This document shows positions 59,515-64,000 of a stretch of 64,000 nt of DNA, piece after piece (the first letter of the stretch is position 1; each line of letters opens with the position of its first letter). The position numbers were made by a program, and so were the translations under genes. The DNA is from an uncultured Candidatus Actinomarina sp. (lineage in GTDB: Bacteria > Actinomycetota > Acidimicrobiia > Actinomarinales > Actinomarinaceae), in contig CACPJC010000004.1 of assembly GCA_902634185.1 (NCBI GenBank), positions 53,554 through 117,553 of the forward strand, read 5' to 3'. Under the pieces are notes generated by a model that saw nothing but the letters and a program-made list of their open reading frames with translations, was not told where the DNA came from and made no database searches.

Positions 59515-59997
59515 ATGCCAACATTTGATATAACCTCAACATTTGATAAACAAGAAGTAACAAACGCAGTTGATCAAATGAATAGAGAATTAGTAAACAG
59601 ATATGATTTTAGAGATACGAATACTTCTGCCTTGTTATCTGAAAATATCATAACAATAAAAAGCAGTACAGATGAAAGATTAAATGCAGCAGATCAAGTT
59701 CTGAAAGAAAAATTTGCTAAAAGGAATATTTCAATTAAATTTTTATCTGACTTTCAAGATGAAAAAACACCATCTGAATCAAAAAGAATTTATACTTTAA
59801 AATCTGGTATTAACAAAGATATAGCAAAAGAAATAGTTAAAGATTTAAAAGGCAACTTTAAAAAAATTCAAAGTAGCATTCAAGATGGGTCAATTAGAGT
59901 TTCTGGGAAAAAAAGAGACGAATTGCAAGAAGTTATTTCATTCATAAAATCAAATGACTACAACATATACTTAAATTATGGAAATTTTAGAGATTAA
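59515..59997 (+). CDS. yajQ: YajQ-family nucleotide-binding protein (UPF0234)
   Basis: MPTFDITSTFDKQEVTNAVDQMNRELVNRYDFRDT is the canonical YajQ N-terminus. Confidence 0.9.
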   Translation: MPTFDITSTFDKQEVTNAVDQMNRELVNRYDFRDTNTSALLSENIITIKSSTDERLNAADQVLKEKFAKRNISIKFLSDFQDEKTPSESKRIYTLKSGINKDIAKEIVKDLKGNFKKIQSSIQDGSIRVSGKKRDELQEVISFIKSNDYNIYLNYGNFRD

Positions 59998-60202
59998 GTT
60001 TATTCTTAAACGCCTTATATCCTATTCGTGATAAAAATATTGAGAATATAAAGATCATACCTGTTTCATATGCATTTAAAGATAGCTCTCTTGAAAAATA
60101 GTATGCAAATATGACAATAAATAAACCATAGATTGCTCTAAAAATTGAAAATATAAAAAATGATTTAAATATAGGATTCTTTAAAAATTTTTGGAATATC
60201 AA
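59987..60202 (-). CDS. small 2-TM membrane protein
   Basis: The hydrophobic 71-aa protein overlaps the DCC gene by 4 nt. Confidence 0.45.
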   Translation of the reverse strand: MIFQKFLKNPIFKSFFIFSIFRAIYGLFIVIFAYYFSRELSLNAYETGMIFIFSIFLSRIGYKAFKNKLNL

Positions 60203-60516
60203 TTTGATTTAAATATTCTGTGTCGATTTTTAGATATAAATTTATAAATGATATCTCTAAAAATTTTTGGGAATATCTTTAAAGCAATAATTACTTTGTA
60301 AAAGCCACCTAGATCATATGTAGATTGTATGAAAGCATCTGCACCATAATATCTAAGATTATCTCTCTCATAAACTATTTCGTCTCTTTCAATATCTTCT
60401 TTAGAAAGTTCTAATTGATTTTTTATTGATATTTGTGAGGATCTTTTTTTAAGAAAATTTCCATAAGTTTGACACATTACACATTCTTGATCTATATAAG
60501 CTTTATTCATTTTCAT
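60199..60516 (-). CDS. DCC-family thiol-disulfide oxidoreductase (DUF393)
   Basis: It has the N-terminal YIDQECVMC (DxxCxxC) motif. The size is about 105 aa. Confidence 0.65.
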   Translation of the reverse strand: MKMNKAYIDQECVMCQTYGNFLKKRSSQISIKNQLELSKEDIERDEIVYERDNLRYYGADAFIQSTYDLGGFYKVIIALKIFPKIFRDIIYKFISKNRHRIFKSN

Positions 60517-60874
60517 TAAAGCTTAAGCTCAAGGAGTTTACACAATATCTGAGTCCGGTAGGACGGGGTCCATCTGGAAAAACATGACCAAGGTGAGCAT
60601 TACAATTACGACAACTTATTTCAACTCTTTTCATCCCATAAGAAAGATCTTCTTTAGTTGTAATCGTATCATCAAGTGCTTCATAAAAACTAGGCCACCC
60701 GGTTCCAGATTCAAATTTTGTAACTGATTCAAAAAGTGAAAAGTCACAAACTACACAACTATAAATACCTTCTCTCTTTTCATAAAGAAGTTCGCCCGAG
60801 AAAGGTGGCTCTGTACCGCAGTTTTGGGTAACTTCAAATTGTTCCTGGCTTAAATGATTTTTATTTAATTCCAT
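60503..60874 (-). CDS. msrB: peptide-methionine (R)-S-oxide reductase
   Basis: It has two CxxC pairs, GTGWPSF and RYCVNS. Confidence 0.95.
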   Translation of the reverse strand: MELNKNHLSQEQFEVTQNCGTEPPFSGELLYEKREGIYSCVVCDFSLFESVTKFESGTGWPSFYEALDDTITTKEDLSYGMKRVEISCRNCNAHLGHVFPDGPRPTGLRYCVNSLSLSFNENE

Positions 60875-60880
60875 ATGGTA

Positions 60881-60886
60881 ATTTTA
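60881..60886 (-). promoter_or_regulatory. candidate -10 box (TAAAAT) of a leaderless promoter for msrB
   Basis: The TANNNT hexamer sits at -12..-7 of the ATG at 60874. Confidence 0.35.
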
Positions 60887-60888
60887 AA

Positions 60889-61794
60889 TCAAGCAGGATT
60901 AAAGTAAATTTCTGTAATTTCTTCAAAATCTTCAAAAATTTTATTTTTGAGTTCTGAATTCACATTTACAACATCACTATCTTGTGCTGTATCTAAATAA
61001 TCTAAAGTACAAAGTATCAAATATTTATTTGCGCCTATAGAAATAATTTTTAATGACTCTATATTCTTTATCATGTCATTTTGCTCGATAGTACTGTAAA
61101 TCTTATCTTTAGTTTTAGTATTAACTGTTTCTCCAGTAATTAAATGCTTCATTTCATATCCTAGAAACAATCCAGAAACCATTAAAAGTATTCCTATTAA
61201 GATAGAGCTTGCAGCATCATATACAGGGTTAGATGTTACATTTGCAAGAATCGAGCCAATTAATGCTATTCCCAATCCAAGCGTAGCTGCAAAGTCTTCA
61301 ACAACGATTGCTATCAAAGGTCCATCTGTTGATTCTTTAAGTAATTTAAAGACTGAAGTTGTATCTGTTTTAGATTTGCTCCTAAGTTCTCTTACTGCTT
61401 TATAAAGAACATAGAGCTCTAAAACTATTGACATTGACAAAACAACAATGGATATAAATAAGTTCTTTAATTCTTTTGGATGAGATAAAGCTTCAATACC
61501 ATGCTCTAAAGAAACTAGTCCACCGATAGTAAAAATTAAGACTGCGACTACTAATGTCCAAAAATATTCTTCTTTCCCTCTTCCAAGAGGATAAATTAAT
61601 TTGTTTGGCTTTTTAGACTGTTTTATCCCAAACCATAATATGAATTGATTGCCTGAATCAACATATGAGTGTACAGCTTCAGAAAACATTGCAGATGATG
61701 ACGTTATAACAGCAATTACAGTCTTTACACCAGCTATGAAAAAATTAACTGAAAATGCTAAAAAAACAGTCTTCGAAGATCCGTTAGAAGCCAT
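60889..61794 (-). CDS. cation diffusion facilitator family transporter
   Basis: It has six TM segments, the HSYVDSGNQ metal-site motif, and a C-terminal cytoplasmic domain. Confidence 0.9.
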   Translation of the reverse strand: MASNGSSKTVFLAFSVNFFIAGVKTVIAVITSSSAMFSEAVHSYVDSGNQFILWFGIKQSKKPNKLIYPLGRGKEEYFWTLVVAVLIFTIGGLVSLEHGIEALSHPKELKNLFISIVVLSMSIVLELYVLYKAVRELRSKSKTDTTSVFKLLKESTDGPLIAIVVEDFAATLGLGIALIGSILANVTSNPVYDAASSILIGILLMVSGLFLGYEMKHLITGETVNTKTKDKIYSTIEQNDMIKNIESLKIISIGANKYLILCTLDYLDTAQDSDVVNVNSELKNKIFEDFEEITEIYFNPA

Positions 61795-62020
61795 TATCCT
61801 CGAACCATGTTACAAGTTGTGGAAAACCACCAATCCTTTGATCATTAATATATATTTGAGGGACTGTACTTATACCTTCCCCTACTTTTTTATAAAATGC
61901 TTGTCTTTCATTATCATCAGATAAATCAATTTCCTCATAGGATAAATCAACAGAAGCGAGAAGATTTTTTGCTCTATCGCACCATACACAATTATCTTTT
62001 GAATAAACTCTTATATTCAA
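61784..62020 (-). CDS. glutaredoxin (Grx3-like, CVWC active site)
   Basis: It has YSKDNCVWCDRAK and TVPQIYINDQRIGGFPQL. It aligns along its length with E. coli Grx3. Confidence 0.8.
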   Translation of the reverse strand: MNIRVYSKDNCVWCDRAKNLLASVDLSYEEIDLSDDNERQAFYKKVGEGISTVPQIYINDQRIGGFPQLVTWFEDNGF

Positions 62021-63063
62021 TTGTTTTCGCTTCCTGTGTAAATTTCATTCGTAGTTTGTGTAACCCTTATAAATGTAGTGCTTTTTGGTAGGTCTTTGAG
62101 TTTTTTCGCACCAACGTAAGAACAGGCTGAACGCATTCCACCTAATATTTTTTGAACAGTGTTATCTAAGTCTCCTTTATATTTAAGCCTTACCTTCTTA
62201 CCCTCAGCAGCTCTGTGTTCAGCAAGATCACCATAATAAGTTTGTTGAGCTTTTGTCGAGGACATTCCGTAAAAATCTTTATATTGAATCCCATCATCAT
62301 CTGTGACCAGCTCTCCCCCGGATTCTTTATGTCCGGCAAACATACCGCCTAACATTACATAGTCAGCTCCTGCACCAAAAGCTTTTGAAATATCCCCTGG
62401 ATATTTACAACCTCCATCAGCCATTACATGACCTCCTAAACCATGAGCAGCATCAGAACATTCTGAAATTGAAGATAGTTGAGGGTAACCTACACCGGCA
62501 ACACTTCTAGTGGTACATACAGAACCTGGACCTATTCCAATTTTTACAATATCTGCACCAGCAAGAATTAAAGCCTCTGTCATCTCTCGAGTTGCTACAT
62601 TACCTGCAATTATAATTTTGTTAGGAAATGTTTCTCTATAATTTTTTACTGAATCAATAAAATCTTCTCTATATCCATTTGCAACATCAATACATAAATA
62701 TTTTATGTCATTGTTTAACTCAAATATTTTTTTTCCTAGATTTAAATCATCATCTGATTGACCGACTGTTACAGAAATAAATTCTGGGTCTAATTTTTCG
62801 ATATTATTTTCCCACTCTTCCAAAGAATAGAATTTGTGGATAGCTGTTAACATTTTATGTTTCTGTAAAGTTACTGCTGTTTCGAATGTACCTGTTGTAT
62901 CCATATTTGCAGAAAAAATTGGTACACCAGTCCAAGTCTCATCAATATGTTTAAATTTAAAATTTCTCTCTAAAATAACTTCTGATCTTGAAACTAATGT
63001 ACTTCTTTTTGGCCTAATCAGTACATCATCAAAAGTTAATTTAATCTCATCTTCAATTCTCAT
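62017..63063 (-). CDS. guaC: GMP reductase
   Basis: [39 protein letters not shown] is nearly collinear with the E. coli GuaC N-terminus. The catalytic GPGSVCTTR motif is present. Confidence 0.9.
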   Translation of the reverse strand: MRIEDEIKLTFDDVLIRPKRSTLVSRSEVILERNFKFKHIDETWTGVPIFSANMDTTGTFETAVTLQKHKMLTAIHKFYSLEEWENNIEKLDPEFISVTVGQSDDDLNLGKKIFELNNDIKYLCIDVANGYREDFIDSVKNYRETFPNKIIIAGNVATREMTEALILAGADIVKIGIGPGSVCTTRSVAGVGYPQLSSISECSDAAHGLGGHVMADGGCKYPGDISKAFGAGADYVMLGGMFAGHKESGGELVTDDDGIQYKDFYGMSSTKAQQTYYGDLAEHRAAEGKKVRLKYKGDLDNTVQKILGGMRSACSYVGAKKLKDLPKSTTFIRVTQTTNEIYTGSENN

Positions 63064-63100
63064 TATTTTTAAATATCCCTTATCCTAAATACCAGAAATT

Positions 63101-63682
63101 ATGATAGTTGAATTACCATTTTTTGGAGCTGGTATTAATTATTTTCCTACCGAAATATCAGCATTAAGAGTTTTTGAACCTAGATATTTGCTATTGATAG
63201 CTGATTCAATAAAAAATCAAACAACTTTTTGTGTTGGTGGTAATTTAGAATCCATCGGACAGATAGTGTCTGAAGTTGAAATTGTTGAACATCAAGACAT
63301 TTCAAATGCTGAACAGCTTGTAGTAGTTCAATGTTTAAATATTTATAAAGTATCTGATATAGACCTTCAAAAAGAATATCCAACTTGTTTTGTTGATGAA
63401 ATCATAGATGTTGGTCTACCCCCATCTGAAGAAGAATTATTACAACTACAATCAGACATAAAAAAAGTAATAAGTATGTTGATTGAACAAGGTTTAGATA
63501 TGCAATTACCTGATTTTGAAATAGACACTGAGAGTAGAATTATTAGTCTTTGGAATTTATGTACAAAAGTACCAATGTCAATAGAGATGAGAAATAAACT
63601 TCTTTCACATAATTCAATAGACGATCGATTTGAAGAATTAAATAACTATGTACAACTTATATTAAAAAAGTCATTTAACTAG
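63101..63682 (+). CDS. LON N-terminal (substrate-binding) domain protein
   Basis: LPFF......FPTEISALRVFEPRYLLLI matches the LON/PUA-like domain N-terminus. Confidence 0.7.
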   Translation: MIVELPFFGAGINYFPTEISALRVFEPRYLLLIADSIKNQTTFCVGGNLESIGQIVSEVEIVEHQDISNAEQLVVVQCLNIYKVSDIDLQKEYPTCFVDEIIDVGLPPSEEELLQLQSDIKKVISMLIEQGLDMQLPDFEIDTESRIISLWNLCTKVPMSIEMRNKLLSHNSIDDRFEELNNYVQLILKKSFN

Positions 63683-64000
63683 CTATCCATTTATCAAACA
63701 AAGAATTCACAGAAATTGAAATTTCGGACTCGTTTGTTTTGATTCTCTTAAATTCCTTATCAATATCAAAATTTTCAAGTTCTTTTTTAGTTTTTTCACC
63801 TACGTACCATTTTTCAAATAAATTTTCGTTTATCTCAGGATGAAATTGAATTCCGAAAGTTTTCTTTATTGAATATATTTGAGGGAATGATGTTTTAGCA
63901 ATTAATTTTGCATTTGAAGGTAGTTTGAATGTATCTCTATGCCATGTAAAGACTTCAATATTTTTGTAATCTTCAAAAATAAAGTTTGTATCCAAGAACT
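63675..64000 (-). CDS. class I glutamine amidotransferase, C-terminal part (N-terminus lies outside the window)
   Basis: It has the GIQFHPE motif, and the frame is open to the window edge. Confidence 0.65.
   Translation of the reverse strand, partial: FLDTNFIFEDYKNIEVFTWHRDTFKLPSNAKLIAKTSFPQIYSIKKTFGIQFHPEINENLFEKWYVGEKTKKELENFDIDKEFKRIKTNESEISISVNSLFDKWIAS

Overview
This is an AT-rich (about one third G+C by eye), very gene-dense 64-kb stretch of core chromosome. It most likely comes from a genome-streamlined actinobacterium. The evidence is gene order: alaS-ruvX-mltG, efp-nusB, mihF-gmk-rpoZ-coaBC-priA-def-fmt-rpe-ribD/E/BA/H, infC-rpmI-rplT-pheST-mpg-tyrS, pgsA-garA-ftsR...nuclease-MerR, nadK-pyrG-xerD-scpAB-rluB-cmk-der and pafBC-tatAC-helY. 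The 23S rRNA also carries an insertion at the site of the actinobacterial domain III insertion. The low G+C suggests a marine Ca. Actinomarinales-like lineage, but that is inference only. The window holds one complete rrn operon (16S-23S-5S, no spacer tRNA), an Opp/Dpp-type peptide ABC transporter, and about 80 protein genes that mostly overlap or abut. I saw no mobile elements, prophage, CRISPR array, or obvious defence or biosynthetic island, and I cannot support a claim of a novel multi-gene system. The observations most worth following up:
- A phase-locked TANNNT hexamer 6 nt upstream of many SD-less start codons, the signature of leaderless mRNAs. It includes two back-to-back cases in a 26-bp divergent gap.
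- A D,D-carboxypeptidase gene whose signal peptide can only be translated from a non-canonical ATT start, inserted into the conserved garA-ftsR-nuclease-MerR cluster.
- A type-2 TyrRS in which both histidines of the HIGH motif are replaced (TLGW).
- A 451-aa PriA remnant without helicase or zinc motifs.
- pafBC-tatAC-helY retained while the whole Pup-proteasome block expected next to it is replaced by one ferredoxin gene.
- Three genes below the 60-aa ORF cut-off: tatA and two ATGA-coupled mini membrane ORFs.
- BoxA elements and processing stems of the rrn operon that can be read directly from the sequence.
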